This document shows positions 10,534 through 20,334 of a DNA stretch of 64,000 bases, in pieces. A model generated the notes under the pieces. That model was not told the DNA's origin and did not search any database. It saw nothing but the letters and a program-made list of their open reading frames with translations. Both the position numbers and the translations under genes were made by a program. The stretch comes from a bacterium. Its GTDB lineage: Bacteria; Hinthialibacterota; Hinthialibacteria; Hinthialibacterales; Hinthialibacteraceae. Each line of letters starts with the position of its first letter. Positions within the stretch are counted from its first letter, which is position 1. Location: contig CAXXSM010000042.1 in the NCBI GenBank assembly GCA_963663405.2, forward strand, positions 8,008 through 72,007, in the 5' to 3' direction.

Positions 10534-11211
10534 CTATGGATTCGATCGCCGGACGGTCACATGAAAGACCGTTCCGGTGACGTCGATTTGTCCCAGCGGC
10601 GTTTTGACTGATAGGGTGGAGTCCTGGATGGACGCCGCCTGGACGGCGATAGATCCGGATCGGAGATCAATACAACGATCTTGCCCAAACCGAACCGAGA
10701 GTTGGGTCTCCGGAGAACAACTTATAATCGAGCCGTCAGAAAGACACATGTCCGCCGATACCTCGTCAGGCACGGTTACGAAACGGCCTCGCTGAAGGCG
10801 GTATTCCCATAACATGGCGGGAGAGATTTCTTTCCCCGATTCATTCGCTTGGAACGATAAGCGTTCAATGGGTGGAACTTCGGGAAAGAGTGTGTTCGTA
10901 TAGGTCTGGTAAATCCCCATCCCGCCGGCGTATAAGAGAAGAAAACAGATCGCGCCGAATACAGGCGCCGGCAGCCAATCCATCGCGTAATTGATGGTGT
11001 AAAACCAGTTCTTGCGTGGATTCAATTGCGCGTTGAATCGCTCTTTTATCCGCCGCATGTTGACTGGAGGCACACGGAGCGATTGCAGCCCGCGCTGGAT
11101 GTGACGGCACTCTTCGAACGCGCTTTCTTCCCCGCCGCTACCAGGTGTGGCGCCTTGGCCGAATTTCCTGGCCCCGTTCCGCTTTTCTCGATCTGAAAAC
11201 GTATCGTTCAT
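10534..11211 (-). CDS. FecR-type anti-sigma factor, FecR domain C-terminally short
   Basis: Cytoplasmic N-terminus, one TM helix, then LSDGSII...RCIDLRSG...VKTPLGQIDVTGTVFHV; ATGA overlap with the sigma gene. Confidence 0.85.
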   Translation of the reverse strand: MNDTFSDREKRNGARKFGQGATPGSGGEESAFEECRHIQRGLQSLRVPPVNMRRIKERFNAQLNPRKNWFYTINYAMDWLPAPVFGAICFLLLYAGGMGIYQTYTNTLFPEVPPIERLSFQANESGKEISPAMLWEYRLQRGRFVTVPDEVSADMCLSDGSIISCSPETQLSVRFGQDRCIDLRSGSIAVQAASIQDSTLSVKTPLGQIDVTGTVFHVTVRRSNP

Positions 11212-11777
11212 GATTGATCCAATAAATAAGGTACGAGTAGTATTCGCATTTTTTTCCGCGCCCGGTATAAGTGCGTTTTGACGCAGTCTGTCGATAGATT
11301 GAGCGCGGCGGCGATCACCTGATGGGATTCACCGTTCAATTCACTTAACACGAGAATCGTTCGCTGCGCGTCTGATAATTTGGCTAATGATTCTTCGAAG
11401 GCGGTTTGGAATCGGTCTTCATCAAGCGCGCGATCCGGGGAATGGAAGGTCCTCATGTGGCTGTGGCGCTGGATTTCAGTGTCATCGATCGAACGGAAAT
11501 CGACTCGTTTACGCAATTGATCGATACATAAATTACGAGCTGTCTGCATAAGAAATCCCTTGATGGAGCCGTTCGATTTCCGGAACCGTCCTTTTTTAAC
11601 GGTTTGAATCAGCCTTAATAGAACTTCCTGAAATGTATCCTCAGCCTCCTGCCGGTCCCACAAGAGCCCGTAACACAACCGCAGCACGTCGTCCGCATAC
11701 CAAGCGGTTATGTCGTCGAAACAAGCTGGATCGCCCTGGAGCATCCGTTTGATTAAACCGGTGGGACCGTCTTTCAT
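11208..11777 (-). CDS. ECF sigma-70 family RNA polymerase sigma factor
   Basis: EAEDTFQEV and ARNLCIDQLRK (region 2); LSDAQR...IAAALNLSTDCVKTHLYRAR (region 4). ATG 11777 has the better SD spacing; GTG 11786 is an alternative start. Confidence 0.95.
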   Translation of the reverse strand: MKDGPTGLIKRMLQGDPACFDDITAWYADDVLRLCYGLLWDRQEAEDTFQEVLLRLIQTVKKGRFRKSNGSIKGFLMQTARNLCIDQLRKRVDFRSIDDTEIQRHSHMRTFHSPDRALDEDRFQTAFEESLAKLSDAQRTILVLSELNGESHQVIAAALNLSTDCVKTHLYRARKKMRILLVPYLLDQS

Positions 11778-11801
11778 CGAGTTCACCTTTCGTTATTTCT
11801 A

Positions 11802-11827
11802 TACGTGATTTCAACGTTGAGGTGACA
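11802..11827 (-). promoter_or_regulatory. Putative ECF-type (autoregulatory) promoter
   Basis: Minus strand TGTCAC-N16-CGTA about 25 nt upstream of the sigma start, resembling ECF -35/-10 layouts. Confidence 0.45.
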
Positions 11828-12084
11828 GGTGGGTGGAGTTTTTTTATTATAAAAGGGTGAGAGATAAGACGAGTAGATCAATGCACAATACTATTCAGTC
11901 ATACCTTATTTAGTTATTCATGAGTAAGATATTTATATTATTGAAAAGGAGGAACCTTGTAATTTGCAAGTTTAACTTTCAAATTGCAAGGTAGAAGCGG
12001 CTTCAAAAAGATGCGTTTTCAACCTTTTACCTCAAACCATTTAGAATTCTTGATCTCGCAATCACTTTTCACAGGCGCACAAAG

Positions 12085-12116
12085 AAAAAAGCCGTTTCCA
12101 TAGGAAACGGCCTTTT
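12085..12116 (-). terminator. Intrinsic terminator
   Basis: GCCGTTTCC-TAT-GGAAACGGC followed by T6 on the minus strand. Confidence 0.85.
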
Positions 12117-12274
12117 ACGGCGTCTTTACCTCCCCAACTACTGTTTCGCGGTTCCCACAATACCGTCCTGCTCTAGTTTAGCTTTTCGCAGCCTCTCTCC
12201 TTCTGAACAAGAAGTGAATCCTAGATAAATCCGATTCGACGCCGTTGACAAAGAACTCATTGAATAATAACACA
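12085..12274 (-). ncRNA. Candidate structured ncRNA / leader (about 190 nt), family unrecognised
   Basis: Bounded by a sigma70 promoter and a terminator; 8-bp closing helix ACGGCGTC/GACGCCGT encloses several hairpins. Confidence 0.5.
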
Positions 12275-12279
12275 AATGC

Positions 12280-12308
12280 ACTATAACCATATTTTCTCGA
12301 TCTTTCAA
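12280..12308 (-). promoter_or_regulatory. Sigma70-type promoter
   Basis: TTGAAA-N17-TATAGT on the minus strand. Confidence 0.7.
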
Positions 12309-12451
12309 GGGAATCCTTTCTAAATTTTAAAGGTACTTTACAGGTAGACGGGCAAAAGGTCGAAGATCGAAAAAATATTCTATACGCTTCAGCCGAATCA
12401 AAAGTCCTGGACACAGTGAAAAAAAAACAGTATTACGATTCAGGAGGAGGG

Positions 12452-12641
12452 ATTTTGAATCACAGATGACATGGATATGGCACGGAGGTCACGGAGTTTT
12501 TTCTGTGAAATCCGTAGTCTTCCGTGCGCTCCGTGGTTCAAACAAATGAAGCGCAGAATCAATGATAACACGTATATAGTATGGGGATCACAGAGTTCTT
12601 TTCCGTGAAATCTGTGGATCTCCGTGCGCTCCGTGATTCAA
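12452..12641. repeat. Two copies of a REP-like palindromic element with roughly 9-nt CACGGA/TCCGTG periodicity
   Basis: TTTGAATCACAGA...TCCGTGCGCTCCGTGGTTCAAA (12452-12542) and a partial copy ending TCCGTGCGCTCCGTGATTCAAA (12587-12641). Confidence 0.7.
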
Positions 12642-12899
12642 ACGAGAGGGACATATAGTGATTGTTTTCGCTGATCCCACCATACTGAATCGGTTTTCAA
12701 GTCAACATTATTTTTTATCAGGAGATAGGCGGAAACCTTGCTCGTTTGGGAAAATTTTTATAGGATGGTAAGGATCGAAGGATTGGAATTGTTTGTTAAT
12801 TGTATATTTTTTGTGTCAAACAATGATTGACCTAGCGAAATGGAATAAGACTCCATAGAGAAAAAAGAGTGTAACAACAAACAGATAGGAGGTTGTAGA

Positions 12900-14180
12900 A
12901 TGGTGTCATTAAAAGACAAAATGGCTGAATTGATTCCTGGATTGCGGGATGAAATGAAAGGGATGATCACTGAACATGGGGACAAAGTTCTATCTGAGGT
13001 GACAGTACGTCAAGTATATGGAGGGATGCGAGGCGTACGGGGACTGCTTTGTGACACATCGGCGGTCGAACCAGACAAAGGATTGGTGATTCGAGGGATT
13101 CCTGTCATTGAATTGACTGAAAAACTGCCGGAAGAGATATTTTATCTCCTGCTGACGGGAGAGATGCCGGACGCGGCCGCGCTTGACGATCTGAAGAATG
13201 AATTGACAAAACGCGGCCAAGTGCCCCAATATGTTTGGAACGTTTTGGAAGCCATGCCCGCTGATTCCCATCCGATGGCGATGTTTAATACCGCCATTTT
13301 GGTGATGCAGAAAGAATCGGCCTTCGCACAGGGGTATGCGGAAGGCATGACCAAAATGCAATACTGGGAACCTTCCTTGGAAGACGCTCTGAATATCATC
13401 GCCAAACTGCCGGCGATCGCGGCGGGCGTCTATCGGCTCCGCTTTAATAAAGGAGCCCGGATTGAAGCCGATCCCAGTCTCGATTGGGGCGCCAATTACG
13501 CCCGGATGCTGGGCTGTGACGATCCTAATGGGGAATTTACGAAACTGATCCAGTTGTATCTCGTTCTCCATTCCGATCATGAAAGCGGCAACGTCAGCGC
13601 CTTCAGCGCGCATACGGTAGCGTCGGCTCTATCCGATCTTTATTACGCGCTGTCCGCCGGGCTGAATGGATTGGCCGGTCCTCTGCATGGGCTCGCGAAT
13701 CAGGAATGTCTGCGGTGGGTCTTAATGGTCAAAGATAAATTTGGCGGTGTGCCAACGGACGACCAGTTGCGGGATTTCGCATGGGAAACGCTGAATAGCG
13801 GTCAGGTGGTTCCAGGTTATGGCCATGCGGTACTGCGCGTGACCGATCCACGTTTCGACGCTTTCCTCGCTTTTGGAAAGAAATACTGCATGGACGATGT
13901 TGTATTCCAGATCGTCGCGAAGGTATTCGATGTTGTACCGGGCGTCTTGAAGCAAGTCAAGAAGATCAATGATCCATGGCCCAATGTTGACGCAGGTTCC
14001 GGCTCGTTGCTATACAAATACGGCTTGACCGAATTCCCCTATTACACAGTTCTGTTCAGCGTCTCGCGCGCGTTGGGGATTTGTTCACAGAACATTCTTT
14101 CCCGCGCGTTGGGTCTCGCCATTGTCCGGCCGAAATCCAGCACGACTCAATGGCTCAAGGACAAAGTCGCGACGCTTTAA
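12900..14180 (+). CDS. gltA: Citrate (Si)-synthase, eukaryote/Geobacter-like type
   Basis: YGGMRG, HSDHESGNVSA, GLAGPLHGLANQE, GYGHAVLRVTDPR, PWPNVDA; SD AGGAGG. Confidence 0.96.
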   Translation: MVSLKDKMAELIPGLRDEMKGMITEHGDKVLSEVTVRQVYGGMRGVRGLLCDTSAVEPDKGLVIRGIPVIELTEKLPEEIFYLLLTGEMPDAAALDDLKNELTKRGQVPQYVWNVLEAMPADSHPMAMFNTAILVMQKESAFAQGYAEGMTKMQYWEPSLEDALNIIAKLPAIAAGVYRLRFNKGARIEADPSLDWGANYARMLGCDDPNGEFTKLIQLYLVLHSDHESGNVSAFSAHTVASALSDLYYALSAGLNGLAGPLHGLANQECLRWVLMVKDKFGGVPTDDQLRDFAWETLNSGQVVPGYGHAVLRVTDPRFDAFLAFGKKYCMDDVVFQIVAKVFDVVPGVLKQVKKINDPWPNVDAGSGSLLYKYGLTEFPYYTVLFSVSRALGICSQNILSRALGLAIVRPKSSTTQWLKDKVATL

Positions 14181-14218
14181 ACGAGTACAAATCCTCAGTC
14201 GTTTTATCCCTAAAATCA

Positions 14219-14246
14219 AGGGGCGGTCAGTCAGCCGCCCCATTTC
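14219..14246. terminator. Hairpin between convergent gltA and xth
   Basis: GGGGCGG-TCAGTCAG-CCGCCCC followed by ATTTCTTT. Confidence 0.65.
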
Positions 14247-14271
14247 TTTATCTGTTCATTTGATTGATGAA

Positions 14272-15048
14272 TTAAGATATCGTCATCGTTATCGGGCAAT
14301 GGTCGGAGCCCATAACATCAGGCAGGATCGTGGCGGCTTTAAGTCGGGGGCGGAGAGCGGGGGAAATACAGAAATAATCAATACGCCAGCCGACGTTCTT
14401 TTCTCTCGCCTTTCCAAAGTAACTCCACCAGGTGTAATGCCCCCCCTCCTGTGTGAATTCCCGGAATGTGTCGATAAATCCGCTTTGGATGACGGCGTCA
14501 AACCGCTCGCGCTCTTCGATGGTGAAACCCGCGTTTCGTTCATTCGCTTTTGGATTGGCGATGTCGATTTCTTTATGGGCCACATTAAGATCGCCGCAGA
14601 AAATGACCGGTTTCTTTTTTTCCAATTGTTTGAGGTAATCTAGAAACACCGGATCCCATTCTTTCGTGCGGTAATCAAGTCGGGTCAGTCCTCTCTGGGA
14701 GTTGGGGGTGTAGACGTTGACGAGATGGAATTCTTTAAATTCCAACGTGATGACTCGGCCTTCGTTATCGTGTTTGGGTTGTTCCATACCATACGAAACT
14801 GAGAGTGGTTCGATTTTCGAAAACACTGCCGTTCCTGAATAGCCTTTCTTTTCCGCTGCATTCCAATAGACGTGATAGCCGGGAAGCGAAAGGTCCACTT
14901 GCTCCGGCAAGGCCCGCATTTCCTGAAGACAGAGAATATCGGGATTGGTTTCTTGGGCGAAGGTCATAAAACCTTTTTTTAACACGGCCCTGATACCGTT
15001 TACATTCCACGAGATCATTGTCAATTCATTGTTTTTCTTTGCGCTCAT
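14272..15048 (-). CDS. xth: Exodeoxyribonuclease III / AP endonuclease
   Basis: [39 protein letters not shown]; SD AGGAGG. Confidence 0.97.
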   Translation of the reverse strand: MSAKKNNELTMISWNVNGIRAVLKKGFMTFAQETNPDILCLQEMRALPEQVDLSLPGYHVYWNAAEKKGYSGTAVFSKIEPLSVSYGMEQPKHDNEGRVITLEFKEFHLVNVYTPNSQRGLTRLDYRTKEWDPVFLDYLKQLEKKKPVIFCGDLNVAHKEIDIANPKANERNAGFTIEERERFDAVIQSGFIDTFREFTQEGGHYTWWSYFGKAREKNVGWRIDYFCISPALRPRLKAATILPDVMGSDHCPITMTIS

Positions 15049-15111
15049 TCGCGCCCTCCTATCGATACCATTCAAATGTGGGATGCAATCAACAAATTCC
15101 CATCTGCGTGA

Positions 15112-15170
15112 AAAAAAAAAGCGAAATCAGCAGAGGGATTGAAAGCCAACCGGGAAGTCCCGCTGAATTC
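15112..15170 (-). terminator. Long hairpin with T10 tail upstream of xth
   Basis: GAATTCAGCGGGA...TCCCTCTGCTGATTTC then a poly-T run on the minus strand. Confidence 0.55.
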
Positions 15171-15944
15171 ACATCATACCATTCTAAAGAGAGGAAAGCA
15201 GCCCATCCAGTTCGACGCGCGATGAATACGCTCACTTGACATGTCGATGAAACGGGGCGTCTTATCAATGCAGTGGATTTCTTTATCGCATAACACAGGA
15301 TGATGATTCGCACAGGTTTTCCTCCCTCCTTTCCCTTCAATCCACTAAACAGATACGATTTTTTCCACATTGATAGCTGAATTGATCCAAAAAGCTCTAA
15401 TCGAATGATTAATGTAAACTTATGTATGATAAATAAAGAATAATTTCGTTCTATTTTGAAAAATATTGATTCTAATAAAATTATGTTGTTCAAATATATT
15501 TATAATGCTTAATATATCATTTCTATCTGTTTGATATTGATTAAAATTCCATATTTTTTCATTTTTATTATTGACAGATATCCAATATTGTGCTATTAAT
15601 GGTTGCAGGATTAATTGGAGTCTTTTTTTTGTGTTACTCATCATGTAACATGGAATGAAAACAATTGATCGACTTCACGCTTGAATCTCCTTCTTGGATT
15701 TCTCCATCCATACGGTAAAGCCGATTTTTATAGTAATCCTCTCAGTTCGGTTCTTTGAGCAATCTATAAGGCGTATTTATACAAGAAAAATTTACTAAGT
15801 ATCTAGTATTTATTGACTTATCATGGATCGGATCTGGCGGGATCGCGATGATCTGCAATACGCCGCTCCAATTAGGCGCGGTGGAAAATGGATCGCAATC
15901 GAGCCCTTAAATTGGCCGCGCGTCCCAAATTTCATCGTTGTAAA

Positions 15945-18110
15945 GTGGCGAAATATCTTCTCACTATATTTGCTTTTTTCGCTTTCACCATTCCTGCTTT
16001 GGGATAGGAAAAACTCATTGTAGAAATTGCTGACTTTATCACAAATCGTGATACTGTGGAATGGGTTAACTTGGAGGAAAACACGATTGCTTTGGAAGGA
16101 TTGGATACCGACCGCGAAACCGTCAATCTGCGAGAAACGTGGATCAATTCCGGCAACTCCGATGTGGGGGAAATTAACGTGGAAGCCTTAACCCTGCGCG
16201 CCAAACCGACCACCGCCGATCGCGAATACGGTATCCTGGGCCGCAAGATCATGAATCTTCCCGCCAAGCGCTACATTCAATTTCAAGGCGGTCTGCAGGC
16301 GCTCGCTGGACGAGCTAAAGGGGCGAACCTGTCGCTGGACGTAGAAACCCGCGACAAGGACGGACAATGGGTGGAAGCCCGCTCGTTTCTCGCCAAGCGC
16401 ATATTGGTCGACGGCGAGGACCAGGGATCGCGTTGCCTCGTACTCAACCTAAGCGAATGGGCGGGGCAGGAAGTGCGCCTTTCGCTCGCCTTGCGCGTCA
16501 AGCCCTCCTACTCCAACATCGGTGGACGCGAGGAATGGACTCCCTCCGAAATCTCCGCCCAATGGTTCATGGCGCGGATTGTCAGCAGTCCGTTTCGCGT
16601 GATCGTGGGTGAACCGGAAAAAATATCGTTATCGGATTCCACACCCGCGCGCGGGAATTCACTGCAATCAATCTCTCCCGCCAACCCACTGCCGAATTCC
16701 TTAATTAAAGCGTCCACCATCGTCTCGACAACGAGTAGTAAAGAGGCCGTGTTATTCGGCGGCGCCACGCAAGAGGGCTATGTAATGAATCCCTCCGATA
16801 CCGAGATTGCTACTACCTTTATCCCAGAAGCGGGTGGCTATCCTGGTCGTGCCGTGTGCTATTTCACTAGCAGTGTAGCCGCCACATACCAACCTCATGG
16901 CGCTTCACATGGCGTACATTCACCAGAAAGTGAATTTGGCGCCAGTTCACGATTGATCGACTTTGCCAGCAACACATCGAAAAACATGTACAACGCCACC
17001 GTTTCCGAGATTCGCAATGCAATGATTAAATATGCCACCGGTGCGTCGTGGGTGGCTTTACAACCCAGTGGGATTGCCTCGCGCGATTTTGACGACCATT
17101 ATGTGGGCATCACATCGATTATTTCCTCCACACTTGACGAGCCCATTGATAAACCAGTTATTCATGCCTTTTTTTATGCGGAAGATCACTTTAAGAACGA
17201 TCAGGGGACTAGTGACGATCATAATTATATAACTATCGGTGATGATGACTTTTCATCAACCTACGGTCGTATCGCTTACGCACGTTCCATAGTCGACACT
17301 CATGATTATGGCCGTCAATTTTCAAAAATATACCATGATAATAGCGTGTATCCCATCATTACCGATGCCGCCGCCGCGGATGAAAGTATCATCTCGGTTT
17401 CCATGAATACAGGATCCAATGGTGTTGGCGGCGCATCAGTATACCCAATTGGCGACTATTACTACATGATCTATCACACACAAGTCCTCACACGAAATGC
17501 TGCAGGTGAATTTCTTGTCGATGAGAATGGTTTATATAAAAAAGTACCAATTTTATGCGCGGCTCGCGCGTCAAAAAGTGCTGTCAATAATCCCTATTAC
17601 GCGACTCAGCCCAATCCCTGGAAAAAGTTTAAGGAAGTTGTATCTCCTGCAACTGCTGCTGCCAATTTTATACAAGATGGAGTGGGTGGCGAATATAGTG
17701 GATTGTGGAACGTTTATAAAGATGATAATAATCATCGTACCGCTAAACGACTCCATGCGCGCAACTGGCGTACCTATCCCAAAGTTAGTTACAACGAATA
17801 CATAAACAGTGTCTACCCCGACCATCAAGGGATACTTATATGTAATGGTGGATTTTCTAAGGACTTTGCTGGTGTCTGGATTCACACCAGTTCAGACCTT
17901 TTCGATTGGGATGGTGGGCTCTTAGTTTTTTTTGATGATGATGAATTAGTAGTAGAAAAAGAAGAATGGGTCTACCCCACTCTTGTGGGTAGTACTGGTT
18001 ACGATGGGGTATACAACACAAACGAATAAGTTGTATCTGTTTCACAATCGTGGGGGAGGTAACGGCGATCTCTATCGCTTCACGTTGACGTTCTTCGGAC
18101 TAAAACGACG
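15945..18110 (+). pseudogene. Secreted protein (N-terminal beta-sandwich, C-terminal glycoside-hydrolase-like beta-propeller), interrupted by an in-frame TAG (16005) and a frameshift near 18008
   Basis: GTG 15945 gives signal peptide MAKYLLTIFAFFAFTIPALG*EKLIVE, in frame with ORF 16056-18029; LNLSEWAGQEVRLSL; TSSDLFDW...WVYPTLVG; the C-terminus continues in another frame (TNKLYLFHNRGG...LYRFTL). The end coordinate is approximate. Confidence 0.6.
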
Positions 18111-18116
18111 GCGCAA

Positions 18117-18149
18117 TCAACCCAGGGCGCGAATATGCGCCCTGGGTTG
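18117..18149. repeat. GC-rich hairpin preceding paralog 1; related copy at 20288-20310, degenerate copies near 19217-19233 and 21376
   Basis: CAACCCAGGGCGC-GAATAT-GCGCCCTGGGTTG compared with CAGGGCGT-AAATAT-GCGCCCTG. Confidence 0.65.
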
Positions 18150-18169
18150 TTTTAGGAAAGGAAAAATAG

Positions 18170-19192
18170 ATGTTTAAATCCATAAGCATTGCCTCAATCT
18201 TCTTTGCATTTCTTTCTATTGATATCCATGCGCAAATTGTTAAACAACCGGTCATGGTTCAATCCCTTCCCTCCATTGCAATTTCCCAAAATGCCTGGAT
18301 ATGCTGACGACCAAGTTGATTATGCCATATATTTCCTCGTTCCAAAACCAGATCACAATTTACAGATAATTTATTATAACGTAGCAAATGAACCATGTTA
18401 TCCATACCCGACATACTATACGATTCTTCATACAAATATAATGACATGGGATGCTATTCATGCGAAGACATTGGATACGGAATTAATAAATGGAAATCAG
18501 TTTCCTGTTAATAATCTTATTCACGACGCGAGTTCTGTTATATCCAATGGAAAGCAAATCATATTACAAGATAGTCATTTCCCTACAAAAGAGACTGGAG
18601 AAGGTGAAGAGGATTTTCTACGGATATTACTTAAAAGAAGTTTTTTTATCCCCCAGTGGCGTACGAATTGGGGGATTTATTAAATACTTTAAATATCGAG
18701 TGGGTGATTTGATCGTGGGTTTGTGGAATGCCGAAGATGGACAAATTATCTTTCGTGAATTTTCCCCAGAGGAACAAGGAATTTTCCAAAGTGAACCATA
18801 CCAAAGTCCAAATGTAGAACCAAAACCAATCGAAATGTGGTTTTCCAAAAGACGACCGTTTCTTTCTCGCACGAGATTTTAATGATTTCTATCGCGGCCG
18901 AGCTTTGCCTAGAGCGCGTCTCCTCGACATAAAATTTCTTACCCTATGGGAGGCTGATCGTGACGTTGCCTTCAGTTCCGACATGCGCTACCTGGTTACT
19001 GAGCGAGAAGGATTACCTTCGCTGGTGAATATCGAATCCAATACCATCCTCCACCAATACCAAATTGAATACCCCATGACCACCTGCTGCTTCTCCACTG
19101 ACGACAACCAGGTCTATATCGCCACTATGAACACACTCTACATCTTCGATAGCGGCCTGCAATCAACAGCGCCGTGCTGGGAGGTGTATTGA
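18170..19192 (+). pseudogene. Secreted WD40-like/beta-propeller protein, paralog 1 of 3 (several frameshifts)
   Basis: ATG 18170 MFKSISIASIFFAFLSIDIHAQIVKQP; fragments 18189-18683, 18490-18882 and 18905-19192 align with paralogs 2 and 3; ends SGLQSTAPCWEVY. Confidence 0.8.
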
Positions 19193-19255
19193 ATGAATGC
19201 ACTATTCATACAGATCACAGAATAGCGCCCTTGGTGGATTGTAAAGGACTGCATT

Positions 19256-20269
19256 ATGTTAAAAAACATAGACTATACCATCTACTTATTGCTAATGCTC
19301 TCAATTGATACTCATGCGCAAACCATTAAGCAACCAACATTGGTTCAAACTCTTCCCGTACCGGAATACCTAGAATTTGATTCTATTAACCAACACTATG
19401 GTATTTACTTTCTTAAAGTTCAGGATGAGAATAGTATAGAATTAACAAGTATTATTTCTGAAATCCTATTATATATTCCATTGACATTTTATTATTTTAG
19501 TTTTATAGCTTATATTGAGGAAACTTGGGATATGAATCAACAAGAATATGCAGAAATATTATATCGTGGCGGACGTATACCTGTAAGCAGCATCGTTCAC
19601 GACGCAAGTTCTGTTACACTCAACGGAAAGCAAATAATATTAGAAGACAGTTATTTACCATTTATCGTTGTCAATGAAGGAGGGTATGGATTCTCTCTCC
19701 AATCCGTCGAATTATCTCCTTCACAAAAATATGTCGGAGGGATAATTATGTATTGTGATGATTATTTGTATGGTACAATATTGTCATTATGGGATGCAAA
19801 TACAGGTGATACAATCTATAGAGAATATCCAACGGAACCGTTTCTTTACCGGAGTGATTTCAATTGGATTTATAATTTTAATTTCTTACCTGAAGTAATC
19901 GATTTACACTTCACTCCAGATGAAAAATATTTGATAACACGAGAATTTTGGGAGTTTCACCGTGGCGGTAATACGCCAGTAGCAAGAGCAAGAATGCTTG
20001 ATTTAAAGAAATGGGAGTTTATAACTGTTGACCGGGTCGTCGCCTTCAGTTCCGACATGCGTTACATGGTAACTGAACGCGATGGATTGCCTTCGCTGGT
20101 GGAACTCGAATCCGATACAATCATTCACCAATACCAAGTTGAATACGCCATGACCGCCTGCTGCCTCTCCCCTGATGATAGCCAAGTCTATATCACCACT
20201 ATCATAAACGAACTCCACATCTTCGATAGCGGCCTGCAATCAACAGCGCCGTGCTGGGAGGTGTATTGA
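19256..20269 (+). CDS. Secreted WD40-like/beta-propeller protein, paralog 2 of 3
   Basis: Signal peptide (THA-Q), LSPS..YV, LWDANTG, FTPDEKYL, AFSSDMRY; ends SGLQSTAPCWEVY. Confidence 0.8.
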   Translation: MLKNIDYTIYLLLMLSIDTHAQTIKQPTLVQTLPVPEYLEFDSINQHYGIYFLKVQDENSIELTSIISEILLYIPLTFYYFSFIAYIEETWDMNQQEYAEILYRGGRIPVSSIVHDASSVTLNGKQIILEDSYLPFIVVNEGGYGFSLQSVELSPSQKYVGGIIMYCDDYLYGTILSLWDANTGDTIYREYPTEPFLYRSDFNWIYNFNFLPEVIDLHFTPDEKYLITREFWEFHRGGNTPVARARMLDLKKWEFITVDRVVAFSSDMRYMVTERDGLPSLVELESDTIIHQYQVEYAMTACCLSPDDSQVYITTIINELHIFDSGLQSTAPCWEVY

Positions 20270-20334
20270 ACGAACATACAATCCATTCAGGGCGTAAATA
20301 TGCGCCCTGGATTGTTGTCAGCAAGGAAAAAATT

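Noticed and set aside
10502-10540. Anti-sigma and 925-aa gene as a single frameshifted or readthrough ORF
   Set aside because: The frames differ, and the second gene has its own SD, ATG and hydrophobic signal/anchor between the two FecR parts
12140-12165. T-box, lysine or glycine riboswitch (GTGGGAACCGCG, AGAGGCTGCG, GGAGAGA)
   Set aside because: Only isolated sub-motifs match; the required partner motifs and a cognate downstream gene are missing
15350-15900. oriC or Dam switch (AT-rich tract, five GATC within 15826-15894)
   Set aside because: No cluster of DnaA boxes, and GATC is frequent throughout this sequence
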